From the IMG/VR virus record IMGVR_UViG_3300050034_000334: a stretch of DNA of 64,000 bases, one strand, 5' to 3'. The notes beneath the pieces are model-generated. The model saw only the letters and a list, made by a program, of their open reading frames with translations, was not told the DNA's origin and searched no databases. The position numbers and the translations under genes are program-made. Shown in pieces: positions 48,098 through 56,096 of the stretch; position 1 is the stretch's first letter, and each line of letters opens with the position of its first letter. Origin of the DNA: a virus (lineage: Duplodnaviria > Caudoviricetes).

Positions 48098-49837
48098 TTA
48101 TCTAGGAATCAATGCGTTGACCCACCAGCGAGGCAACATGCGACCCGACCGGCGGAGGAGGTTCTCGAAATCAGCATCGAGCAGCCATCCGTGAGCCTTA
48201 TCTTCCCGGGAACGAACCACACGACCGAACTCCTGAACGATCGCCAGCAGGGTCATGTAGTCATACCAGTCCTTGTCGCGCTTCATGCGCGCTTCGACAT
48301 AGGGATCGATGTAGAGGAAGGGAACCTTGATGACGATACAGAAGCGACCCAGATCTTCATTCAGATCCAGACCCTCAGTCATGGACGGAGAGATCAGCAC
48401 CGTGTCATCTTCACGCTCAGCATGCTCAAGGACAGCGGCCTCGCGGCTGCCAGTATCGCTCGTATGAGTCACGACCCGGTATCCGTGGCGAGTGGAGCGC
48501 AGATGGATGATCACCTGTTTGGCAAATTCGTAACTGTTGGTGTGGATGATTCCCTTCTTGCCGGAGTACTTGTCTAGTAGCTTCTCCACGAAGAGTACCA
48601 TCTTGGGCATGGTGAGTTCCCGCATCCGCATGCCAGTTTCCTTGTCAACTCGAGCCGCCATGCTACCAATCTTCTGGAAATACACCGGACGATTCTCGAC
48701 AGGAAAGTCACTGTCGATTCGAACACAGATTGCGTCAGCTGGGTTGATGCCCAGGTTGCGCATGAAGAAGTTGAAATCGAGGATGGTCGCGCTCATGATG
48801 ACCACCATCTCTGCCTTGTCGAACAGAATCTCATCGGCGAACATCGTGGCAGTCAGAGGCTTGATGAGCAATTCTTCCTTGGTTCCACTCCTCTTGTTCT
48901 CTTCGGTTGTGAAACAAAGCCAGTTCAGCATGTCGTCGGAAGCCATGAACCGATTCAGCCGGCAAATGAACTTGTCCCAGCTATCGAGCTTCTTGATCAG
49001 CTTCATCAGGTCTTCACGATTCTTGCCACCTTCGAGATAGGAGATGTCTGAATCGATGCGAGCCATCTCAATCTGATTGGTGAGATCAGTCATGTGCTGT
49101 TGAGCAGTGGGAATGAAAGTTTCCGACAACCACTTCTTGCACTTGAGATTCTCACCAGGCTTGAAGGTCGGGATGCGACCCAGGCCCAACTCTTCAGTCT
49201 TGTAACGAGAGATGACCGTGTCAGCGAAACCTAGAACCTGAGACTCGGTGTTATGACCTTCGTCAAGGATCAGCATCTTGCGATTCTTGAGCTGACCAGC
49301 ATACTGGGTTTCGTTCAGATAGAAAGCGAAATTCGTTACACCAATGGGGTTGTCGATGAAACGCTTCTTGGCGATCTTGTAGGGGCAGTCCATGCAGCAG
49401 GATCGATTGTCACCCTCTTTGCTGGCGTTGTTGATGATCGCCGCAGAGTCACAATCAGTATCGTGTGTTGTGCACCAGTAATTCGCTTTGCCTTTGAGTT
49501 CCAGCAGACCATTGATCTCGAAATCCTTCATGTACTGAGCGGTCAAGGTCTTTTGTGGAGAAAGGATGTAGGCACCTGGCTGAGTCAGCGGGTGATCGAC
49601 TTGGAGAGTCTTAGCCCAGGACGCGGCGGCCATTGCAATGCCAGATTTACCAGAGCCGGTCGGAGCCTCGATGATGACGAACTTCTTGTGTTCAGCATAG
49701 GCACGAGTGATTTCATCGAGTGCCACATCCTGAGCAGGTCGAATCCCTGGAAACGGAAAGTGATCCCTGATGACTGGCGAATTGAGCCAGGCAAGGTTCT
49801 TCACTGTAGGATTCAGTTGCACCAGGTCAGTTGCCAT
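48098..49837 (-). CDS. DinG/YoaA/XPD-family SF2 helicase with Cys cluster
   Basis: 'Q', 'PTGSGKS', 'C...C...CCMDCPY' (putative Fe-S), 'DEGHN', 'SAT', 'EGLDL', 'Q..GR..RS'. Confidence 0.9.
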   Translation of the reverse strand: MATDLVQLNPTVKNLAWLNSPVIRDHFPFPGIRPAQDVALDEITRAYAEHKKFVIIEAPTGSGKSGIAMAAASWAKTLQVDHPLTQPGAYILSPQKTLTAQYMKDFEINGLLELKGKANYWCTTHDTDCDSAAIINNASKEGDNRSCCMDCPYKIAKKRFIDNPIGVTNFAFYLNETQYAGQLKNRKMLILDEGHNTESQVLGFADTVISRYKTEELGLGRIPTFKPGENLKCKKWLSETFIPTAQQHMTDLTNQIEMARIDSDISYLEGGKNREDLMKLIKKLDSWDKFICRLNRFMASDDMLNWLCFTTEENKRSGTKEELLIKPLTATMFADEILFDKAEMVVIMSATILDFNFFMRNLGINPADAICVRIDSDFPVENRPVYFQKIGSMAARVDKETGMRMRELTMPKMVLFVEKLLDKYSGKKGIIHTNSYEFAKQVIIHLRSTRHGYRVVTHTSDTGSREAAVLEHAEREDDTVLISPSMTEGLDLNEDLGRFCIVIKVPFLYIDPYVEARMKRDKDWYDYMTLLAIVQEFGRVVRSREDKAHGWLLDADFENLLRRSGRMLPRWWVNALIPR

Positions 49838-49853
49838 CTTCCCTCCACGTTCA

Positions 49854-49882
49854 TTCTACTGTACGAGAACTCGGATCGGTTA
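49854..49882 (-). promoter_or_regulatory. Phage promoter TAACCG-N17-GTAGAA
   Basis: Consensus match just upstream of the DinG-like gene. Confidence 0.75.
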
Positions 49883-50518
49883 TCAGATTACTCGAAAACA
49901 GTCACTCGTACAGGAGAAATCCGAGATCAGATGTTTTTCAATCATCTTGCTATCTGACTCTGCAAACGAGAGGGTTAGATCATCAGCAAGTTTGTTGAGT
50001 TGGAATCGAAAGGCCACCAGGTTCTCAGGACTGGATGCCATAATCTTGATACGCTGGATGTAGTTGTTAGAGACAGTCTCTGGGAGAGTTGTAAGACCGA
50101 TTAGTTCTTGCACCTCAGTCAATCTCGGGAGCGGAAAGTCCACATGATTTATCAGACAGGTGAGCTTGGCCCAAGAGCGAACCCTGTACGAGAGATCCTC
50201 CCATCTGGGAGCATCCCGCATAGCAAGATGGTACCTGATGTCTTCCTCCATCTGGTGAATATGGAGGTAGTCCAGGCAATTCTCTAGAGACTTGGCATCC
50301 AAGCTCAGAAATCTAGCTCTCCGGCGTCGCTTCTCTTCCCGGACCTTCTGTAGAGAACAGACCGTAGAGTCTGCAATCCCCAAGGCACAGTTCACCAGTT
50401 GATCGTACTGAACCAGAGCTAGACTTTTCTCGTCGAATTTCTTGCCTTGTTCGAGCAGTGAATCGCGAACCTCGTAGAAGTTCTGAACTCCAAGGCTTTC
50501 AACGGTCACATTGGACAT
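49883..50518 (-). CDS. Hypothetical protein
   Basis: 211-aa ORF. Confidence 0.7.
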   Translation of the reverse strand: MSNVTVESLGVQNFYEVRDSLLEQGKKFDEKSLALVQYDQLVNCALGIADSTVCSLQKVREEKRRRRARFLSLDAKSLENCLDYLHIHQMEEDIRYHLAMRDAPRWEDLSYRVRSWAKLTCLINHVDFPLPRLTEVQELIGLTTLPETVSNNYIQRIKIMASSPENLVAFRFQLNKLADDLTLSFAESDSKMIEKHLISDFSCTSDCFRVI

Positions 50519-50540
50519 GGTATCTATTACTTTTCATCAC

Positions 50541-50903
50541 TCAGAAGAGATTGCGGGTTGGCAATCTATTTGGTCGATTTTTAAGCTCAGGGAACTCCGC
50601 CAAAGCCTCGCCATCCACTGCGATGTTGGCCGGATTCGGAGAGTCTTCAACCTTCTCGCGCTGCTTGTTAGTGTCGCGCTGATTGGTCTGATTCTCCTCT
50701 TGAACAATTCCCGTCGTGTCGTACCCATATGCCTTCTTGAGCAATTTTGAACGGAATCTGAAACCGGCTGTGACGACAGTGAAAGTCTCTCCAGGTTTCG
50801 ACTGTTTGGAAGCAGACACTTGGGCATTGCTGTCGCTTGTCGATATGAACTCCCAAGTTCCAGCAAATTCACCATCCAAGTAATATGTGGCGATGTATTT
50901 CAT
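50541..50903 (-). CDS. Hypothetical protein
   Basis: 120 aa, GAGGA SD. Confidence 0.65.
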   Translation of the reverse strand: MKYIATYYLDGEFAGTWEFISTSDSNAQVSASKQSKPGETFTVVTAGFRFRSKLLKKAYGYDTTGIVQEENQTNQRDTNKQREKVEDSPNPANIAVDGEALAEFPELKNRPNRLPTRNLF

Positions 50904-51084
50904 GTCTGTCCTCTAAGAAGAGTACTGTAGTCTCTGTATATGGCCGAAATCATCATACTCGACGACATGGCTCGATACAATGCACACCTTGCCAAGTGTG
51001 ATCAGTGTTGGTATGCTAGATTTTGCTGGGATATGTGTGATAAGGGAAGGGAATTACAGGAGAAATCGTTTGCGATAAGAGTTT

Positions 51085-51161
51085 TGGCGACCCTGATGGG
51101 ATTTGAACCCACGTTCCCGGCTTGAGAGGCCAGTCTCCTAGGCCATCTAGAGGACAGGGTC
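51085..51161 (-). tRNA. tRNA-Glu(CTC)
   Basis: Cloverleaf, loop CTCTCAA, CCA. Confidence 0.9.
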
Positions 51162-51174
51162 GTATGTGGAAAGT

Positions 51175-51251
51175 TGGTAGCGTGTATGGGATTTGAACCC
51201 ATGATTCCCTGCGTGAAAGGCAGATGTCCTTGACCACTAGACGAACACGCC
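51175..51251 (-). tRNA. tRNA-Glu(TTC)
   Basis: Cloverleaf, loop CTTTCAC, CCA. Confidence 0.92.
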
Positions 51252-51338
51252 ACAGTCAAATTCTATCCCGGATGATTGAGTCGTCCAGCGGTGTTTTCCT
51301 GGCATGGATAACGCTGAACAGTTCGACCCGGGAATTTC

Positions 51339-51414
51339 TGGTGGAGATAACTGGAGTCGAACCAGTGGCCTCCGCAGTGCGAGTGCGGCGCTCTCCCAAC
51401 TGAGCTATACCCCC
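51339..51414 (-). tRNA. tRNA-Ala(CGC)
   Basis: G3:U70, loop CTCGCAC, CCA. Confidence 0.92.
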
Positions 51415-51434
51415 GAAAAACTGCTACAAAACTT

Positions 51435-51510
51435 TGGTGGAGACAGAGGGGTTCGAACCCCCGACCTCTTGCTTGCAAAGCAGGCGCTCTCCCAACTGAG
51501 CTATGCCCCC
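51435..51510 (-). tRNA. tRNA-Ala(TGC)
   Basis: G3:U70, loop TTTGCAA, CCA. Confidence 0.92.
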
Positions 51511-51616
51511 ACGATGTCAGACAACAGCGCCTGACGGATAAATTCATCAGCATGAGAGGCGTCGAGTCGAGCCAAGCTCTGATCTCGTCCCTCTGGTTCA
51601 TACTGCCTTGAAGTCT

Positions 51617-51692
51617 TGGTGGAGATGACAGGGTTCGAACCTGCGACCTCAACGCTGCCAGCGTCGCGCTCTCCCAACTGAGCTACACCCCC
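51617..51692 (-). tRNA. tRNA-Ala(GGC)
   Basis: G3:U70, loop CTGGCAG, CCA. Confidence 0.92.
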
Positions 51693-51889
51693 ACTATCAC
51701 GAAGATACCACTGTGCCGCAAGCCTCTTGTGTACGCTATTCAAATCGGCATCCAAATGTTCCTTCATGGTTCTCTCCATACTCAATCTTGGAGCGGGTTT
51801 CCAGGTTTCCCTGTTTCATGAACTGGCTCCATCCTGCAGGAACAGATAACCAGACATGCTTCCTTGCGGAAGCCCGCATATCAAAAAGT

Positions 51890-51966
51890 TGGCGGGGCCG
51901 ACGAGACTTGAACTCGCGACTTCTTGCGTGACAGGCAAGCACTCTGACCAGCTGAGCTACGACCCC
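51890..51966 (-). tRNA. tRNA-Asp(GTC)
   Basis: Cloverleaf, loop CTGTCAC, G73, CCA. Confidence 0.93.
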
Positions 51967-52760
51967 GCATTGTGCTTGTCATATATCTGAAACAGATCAG
52001 AGATAGCCAAGCCAGAAAACTTTTCAGCAAATGCAAATACTTCGGATAGATCACTTTCAAAAAGGAAAGTCACATTTGGATGAGCCTTTTGTTTTGCCTC
52101 AGTTTGAGCAGAAGGCCATCCCTTGATTTCTATGAGTTTCCCATCCACTTCAAAGTCAGGAAAGAATTTCTTAAAAGATCCTTGGAATTCGTACTTCAAC
52201 CCCAGCCTATTTCTCTGGATTGATTTCCCATTTTCTAGACACCAAATCAAGAAAGCACATTCCCAAGTTGATTGAACTAGAAATCCTCTGAATCTTCCTT
52301 GTTTTCCTCTTCCTCCCTTTTCTCGAAAACCACCTATCCTATTTGAGTTGTGAATACCCAACATCCGAATCATTCGTACACAATCATCCGAGCAAGTTAT
52401 CCTCCCCTTTAAGGAAGGTTTCCCACAATATTTGCAAGGAACAGGAACTCGATTTCTGTCCCTTTCCTGCCGCTCTTTGCTTCGTATCTCTAGGATTCTC
52501 TTGTGACTTTCAGGACTCCAAGGATTCCTTGAAGCAAAACTACGAGCACAGGATATCTTGCAAAACCGTTCTTTCTCTCCCTCCTTAATCTCTTTTTGGA
52601 AGGTAGTGTTACAATTCTCGCAAACAAACTGGCAAGTGATCCGATTATTACAACAAGGTTTCTTAATTCTAGGTCGCAGAGAACAGTTCCGGATATGCGC
52701 TCCCCAAACTTGACCCCTTTCGTTCCCCCTCATCAATCTGCACCACTGGCACTGACTCAT
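51957..52760 (-). CDS. PD-(D/E)XK (TnsA-like) endonuclease with Zn-finger N-terminus, probable homing endonuclease inside the tRNA cluster
   Basis: 'STWECAF...FFPDFEVDGKLIEIKGW'; AGGAGG SD; AT-rich; its stop overlaps the 5' end of tRNA-Asp. Confidence 0.75.
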   Translation of the reverse strand: MSQCQWCRLMRGNERGQVWGAHIRNCSLRPRIKKPCCNNRITCQFVCENCNTTFQKEIKEGEKERFCKISCARSFASRNPWSPESHKRILEIRSKERQERDRNRVPVPCKYCGKPSLKGRITCSDDCVRMIRMLGIHNSNRIGGFREKGGRGKQGRFRGFLVQSTWECAFLIWCLENGKSIQRNRLGLKYEFQGSFKKFFPDFEVDGKLIEIKGWPSAQTEAKQKAHPNVTFLFESDLSEVFAFAEKFSGLAISDLFQIYDKHNAGS

Positions 52761-52803
52761 GATTCCGACCTCCTATAATCAAATAGGAAGTCGGAATTCA
52801 AAG

Positions 52804-52875
52804 AGCGGGTAGTCAGATTTGAACTGACGCATGATAGAGTGGAAGTCTATTGCCTTACCACTTGGCGATACCCGC
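52804..52875 (-). tRNA. tRNA-Gly(TCC), CCA not encoded
   Basis: GCGGGTA acceptor, loop CTTCCAC, U73, followed by CTT. Confidence 0.88.
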
Positions 52876-52892
52876 AACTTGTACAACAAAAT

Positions 52893-52967
52893 TGGAGCGG
52901 CGGATGGGATTTGAACCCACGACCTCTTGCTTGGCAAGCAAATGTTCTACCACTGAACTACCACCGC
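52893..52967 (-). tRNA. tRNA-Gly(GCC)
   Basis: Cloverleaf, loop TTGCCAA, CCA. Confidence 0.92.
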
Positions 52968-52972
52968 TCATC

Positions 52973-53083
52973 TGACGTGAATGAGTTTCGATTCATGTCT
53001 GGAATGCGCCCCCATAAACCCACCGCGATTGCCCCAATGGGCTTATGGTGGAGCAGATAACCCAAACACATCGACTCACGTCA
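52973..53083 (-). ncRNA. Candidate permuted Ala-acceptor mini-RNA (tmRNA-junction-like rod)
   Basis: TGCTCC-A-CCA followed by a 12-bp hairpin and then GGGGGCG; outer arms TGACGTGA/TCACGTCA pair; 13 nt identical to the tmRNA junction. Confidence 0.45.
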
Positions 53084-53123
53084 TAAATCTCTGCACGAAC
53101 GAAAAGTGAACTTCGTTTTTTAA

Positions 53124-53206
53124 GGCGTCCTAACCCCTAGACGACAGCCCCATGATTTGGCGGGGCCACCAGGATTCGAACCTGGGTATCCTCCTTGACA
53201 GGGAGA
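53124..53206 (-). tRNA. Candidate circularly permuted tRNA-Asp(GTC) (3' part 53206-53158, then 5' part 53151-53124)
   Basis: Anticodon arm, T-arm, TGGCCCC-G-CCA, a 6-nt linker, then GGGGCTG plus a complete D-arm; the two parts pair into one cloverleaf. May be two decayed tandem copies. Confidence 0.5.
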
Positions 53207-53236
53207 ACAAAATTCTGACGGCTCGTGCAAAACCTT

Positions 53237-53314
53237 TGGTGCGCCGTCAGGGATTCGAACCCCGGACCTACTGCTTGTAAGGCAGCCGCTCTAACCGGAC
53301 TGAGCTAACAGCGC
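53237..53314 (-). tRNA. tRNA-Val(TAC)
   Basis: Cloverleaf, loop CTTACAA, CCA. Confidence 0.93.
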
Positions 53315-53327
53315 ACATCTTAGTACC

Positions 53328-53358
53328 AAAACGAAAAGGACAGCCGCTTGGGCTGTCC
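53328..53358 (-). terminator. Rho-independent terminator
   Basis: GGACAGC-CCAAGCG-GCTGTCC followed by TTTTCGTTTT. Confidence 0.8.
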
Positions 53359-53379
53359 TTGGTTGAATCTCGCTGAAGT

Positions 53380-53484
53380 TTAGCTGATTCGCACCAAGGA
53401 CAGATGCCCGGTATCCACGCCCTCCGCTGCTTCAGCGGCGACGACCGTTGCAACTGCTCCGACGAATTCAACCATGCTCTTCAT
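53380..53484 (-). CDS. Small peptide MKSMVEFVGAVATVVAAEAAEGVDTGHLSLVRIS (34 aa)
   Basis: GGAG SD and a downstream terminator. Confidence 0.45.
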   Translation of the reverse strand: MKSMVEFVGAVATVVAAEAAEGVDTGHLSLVRIS

Positions 53485-53764
53485 GACAATCTCCATAATA
53501 CTACGGATTTGCTCTCCGTAAACTACTATTTTTGCCACCAGGCAAAAGATTTCGCGTGTAGGAGGATGATAGCCCAGACACTGGTGACCAGATGTGACTA
53601 TCACCACTACACGCATCTCAAACTTTGCGACGGAGTTTAGCACCCTCTAAAGTGTCGCTCACTCCATCGTTCAGGAAGGTTTCGCACTTTCGCGTACACC
53701 TACAACCCTGTCATCTAGGACATCGCTGTTATGCTAGTTCATCGAAGCTCAATTTGTCGGCGAC

Positions 53765-53857
53765 CCGCTCTGGTCGTCCTGCGCTTCTGTTCGATCTTCC
53801 GACATGTTTCCATGCCTACCGTCTTCGAATTTCAGACCGCTCTGGTCGTCCTGCGCT
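53765..53857 (-). repeat. Two exact 21-nt direct repeats separated by 51 nt
   Basis: CCGCTCTGGTCGTCCTGCGCT at 53765-53785 and 53837-53857. Confidence 0.9.
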
Positions 53858-53870
53858 ATCGCCTGATTAC

Positions 53871-53899
53871 CTCTACGGAGCAACTTGGGAAAACGGGTA
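53871..53899 (-). promoter_or_regulatory. Phage promoter TACCCG-N17-GTAGAG
   Basis: Consensus match immediately upstream of the repeat-containing leader. Confidence 0.75.
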
Positions 53900-54256
53900 A
53901 TCCTTGTCATCTTTGATGATTTTCACTTCAATGAGAGAGTCTTTAAGCTGATCGTAAACCTCAGGCGAGATATTGACACAACCCTCAGTCACGTTCCTTC
54001 TCTGTAAAGGATCAGCGGAATCCAATCGTTCCTCACGATGCTGAGAAGGAATTAGAAGCCACGTTCGATGGATAGCATACACTCTGTCTGGTAGCTCATC
54101 AAACACAAGAATGTCTCCGCCGTAGCCAGGAGCCTTAGTGCTTTTATGAACCACGGAGAAATCACCAGTCGGAGTTAATCTGCCGACCAAGGCCGGGTAG
54201 CAGTGGCCTTGGAAACAGATCAACGCCGAGTTGAGAAGAATAAAAGCGACGATCAT
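53873..54256 (-). CDS. L,D-transpeptidase (YkuD-like) catalytic domain protein
   Basis: 'PALVGRLTPTG.F...YAIHRTW...VTEGCVNI' keeps the His and Cys catalytic motif. Confidence 0.75.
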   Translation of the reverse strand: MIVAFILLNSALICFQGHCYPALVGRLTPTGDFSVVHKSTKAPGYGGDILVFDELPDRVYAIHRTWLLIPSQHREERLDSADPLQRRNVTEGCVNISPEVYDQLKDSLIEVKIIKDDKDYPFSQVAP

Positions 54257-55251
54257 TACTGGCTAATCTTCTTGGTTTCTTGTGGAAACACGGTGTAAGC
54301 AGGAACAGGAACAGGAGTTGGAGACGTAGCTGTCGCCGGCACTGGTGATGCTGGAGGCATCGCAACTGTGGGAGTTGTCACAACCTGAGGAGGAATAATG
54401 GATTGTGGCTGTTGTGTAACTGGCGCTGCTGGAGATGATGCGACGACTGGATTCGTCATCTCGGCCACCTGAGCATCGGAGATTTGGACAGCCATAACGA
54501 TCAGACCTTCTTTGTAAACAGGTCCTGCTGTCGCATGGTTGAGACCAGTTCCGGCACTGTATGCCTGAGATCCCGTAGCAGCGGAGCCGGTCAAAGCTGC
54601 ACCGACCGCGCCCATGCCAACTCCCCATCCCGTGGTTGTGGTGCTTGTCGTTGTCACCTTCTTAACCAAGAAGATACCGTTCGCATGCATGTGCAGCGTC
54701 TCGATCACCGCCTTGGCAATCACGTCGATAGTGTTGGATTTCTTTCCACCTTGAAGGAAGATGTACCCAACGCGAGAAAACTTGGAGTCATCGAAAACCA
54801 GGATCGGTTTTCCATTTTCCTCAACGATTCTCCCATCCTTACCGATGAGTGCCTTCGTCGGCAGAGACTTGAGAATTTTGCAGGTGCTGAACTGATAACT
54901 GCCGTCAGCCATCCTGTTGACTCGTGCCGACACCCCTCCGTTGTACATCTGCTTGGCCTCGCCGAGAGTGATTTCTTCGGGCAAAGAGACCAGGTTATCC
55001 ATGATATTGGCGCCTGTGCTCCACGGCCCCAGATACACTTCCACTGGCGCTTGATAGGGTGCTACTGGTGATGCAAACCACCGACCCGTACTCGGATCAG
55101 AAGCTGCATAGTTTTGGTTGACCACCGACGATGACCCTGCTGTTGCTCCCGATGTTGCTCCGGATGTCGTCATAGTCTGTGCGAATGTCGTAGCCACCGC
55201 GAATGCCATTAATGCGATTGTGGTAGCAGCAAGTAACCTCTTCACGTTCAT
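54256..55251 (-). CDS. Secreted protein with signal peptide and Pro/Thr-rich tail
   Basis: 'MNVKRLLAATTIALMAFAVATTFAQ' signal; Gly-zipper-like segment. Confidence 0.75.
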   Translation of the reverse strand: MNVKRLLAATTIALMAFAVATTFAQTMTTSGATSGATAGSSSVVNQNYAASDPSTGRWFASPVAPYQAPVEVYLGPWSTGANIMDNLVSLPEEITLGEAKQMYNGGVSARVNRMADGSYQFSTCKILKSLPTKALIGKDGRIVEENGKPILVFDDSKFSRVGYIFLQGGKKSNTIDVIAKAVIETLHMHANGIFLVKKVTTTSTTTTGWGVGMGAVGAALTGSAATGSQAYSAGTGLNHATAGPVYKEGLIVMAVQISDAQVAEMTNPVVASSPAAPVTQQPQSIIPPQVVTTPTVAMPPASPVPATATSPTPVPVPAYTVFPQETKKISQ

Positions 55252-55319
55252 AAATCTCCTTTATGTAGGTGGGAGGTTATCCTCCCACCCATCATTGTTG
55301 AGGTCAAAACGCAGTAGAA

Positions 55320-55961
55320 CTACGGCTTGAAAGTGGGAGTAATGGACGATGTCGACACTGTGGAAGCAACGCTGGTAACAGAGTAGCCTCCGTTCACCCC
55401 AGCGATGAGCGTATTGCCCTTGCCAGTGGTGGAACCGGAACCAGTAACCACATTTCCAACGGTCGGAGAAGGGCCATTGCCGGCGTACAAGAATGCACCA
55501 GAGGTAGCGGTGCTGCCCTGTGCTCCGTTGCTGATGTCACCATTCGAAACTCCGGCCACGGTCTGCATGGAACCGCTGCCACTGACAGCCGCAGTGTATC
55601 CGTTATTGGCATACACAGCTACGCCAGCGGTGTTCTGGGTGTTTCCAAATGTGGTCGCGCTATGGTCGGTGAGAGATCCATTGACCGTCGAACTGCCGGT
55701 GACCCGTGCTGTTCCGTTCGCGCCGTCGTTGTACTGCCATGAACTGGTGGGAACTGCAACATTCGTGCCGGTGAACGAAGCCGCACTGATCTGACCGCCA
55801 CCTGCACCATAATAACCAGCCGAATTGGTCTGGTTAACGACAGCGTTGTTGATCTGGGTCGTACTTCCGGATACGACGACGGGATTCTGAGCAATTGCCA
55901 TCGTTCCGGCGGCAATGAGCGCAGCAATGGTCAACGTGCTAAATGCAAACATCTTTTTCAT
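55320..55961 (-). CDS. Secreted G/S/T/N-rich beta protein
   Basis: 'MKKMFAFSTLTIAALIAAGTMAIAQ' signal peptide; AGGAG SD. Confidence 0.75.
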   Translation of the reverse strand: MKKMFAFSTLTIAALIAAGTMAIAQNPVVVSGSTTQINNAVVNQTNSAGYYGAGGGQISAASFTGTNVAVPTSSWQYNDGANGTARVTGSSTVNGSLTDHSATTFGNTQNTAGVAVYANNGYTAAVSGSGSMQTVAGVSNGDISNGAQGSTATSGAFLYAGNGPSPTVGNVVTGSGSTTGKGNTLIAGVNGGYSVTSVASTVSTSSITPTFKP

Positions 55962-56067
55962 AAACTCTCCTAAAGCGAGACGCTGGTTGTGAGATTACCT
56001 CGATGGGCAATCTAGTGAACTACTTCGCGATTCCGCGATAGGATCTTACGGCATCGCACTACGGAAC

Positions 56068-56096
56068 TTCTACGAGTATCAATTTCAAAACGGGTA
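56068..56096 (-). promoter_or_regulatory. Phage promoter TACCCG-N17-GTAGAA
   Basis: Consensus match about 100 nt upstream of the secreted-protein operon. Confidence 0.75.

Noticed and set aside
51002-51942. ORFs overlapping tRNA cluster 2 (and 25046-25753 in cluster 1)
   Set aside because: Their translations are simply tRNA sequence read as codons.
53046-53151. A single intron-containing tRNA from GGGGCTG (53151) to CTGCTCCACCA (53046)
   Set aside because: The acceptor stem would have a mismatch, and there is no anticodon arm or T-arm between the ends; each end pairs better with its permuted partner.
53765-53857. CRISPR mini-array from the two 21-nt repeats
   Set aside because: Only two short repeats, a 51-nt self-folding spacer and no cas genes in the window; kept only as an ncRNA candidate.
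55268-55289. Perfect 9-bp hairpin GGTGGGAGG/CCTCCCACC as a terminator
   Set aside because: No U tract on either strand; more likely an intra-operon stabilising stem.
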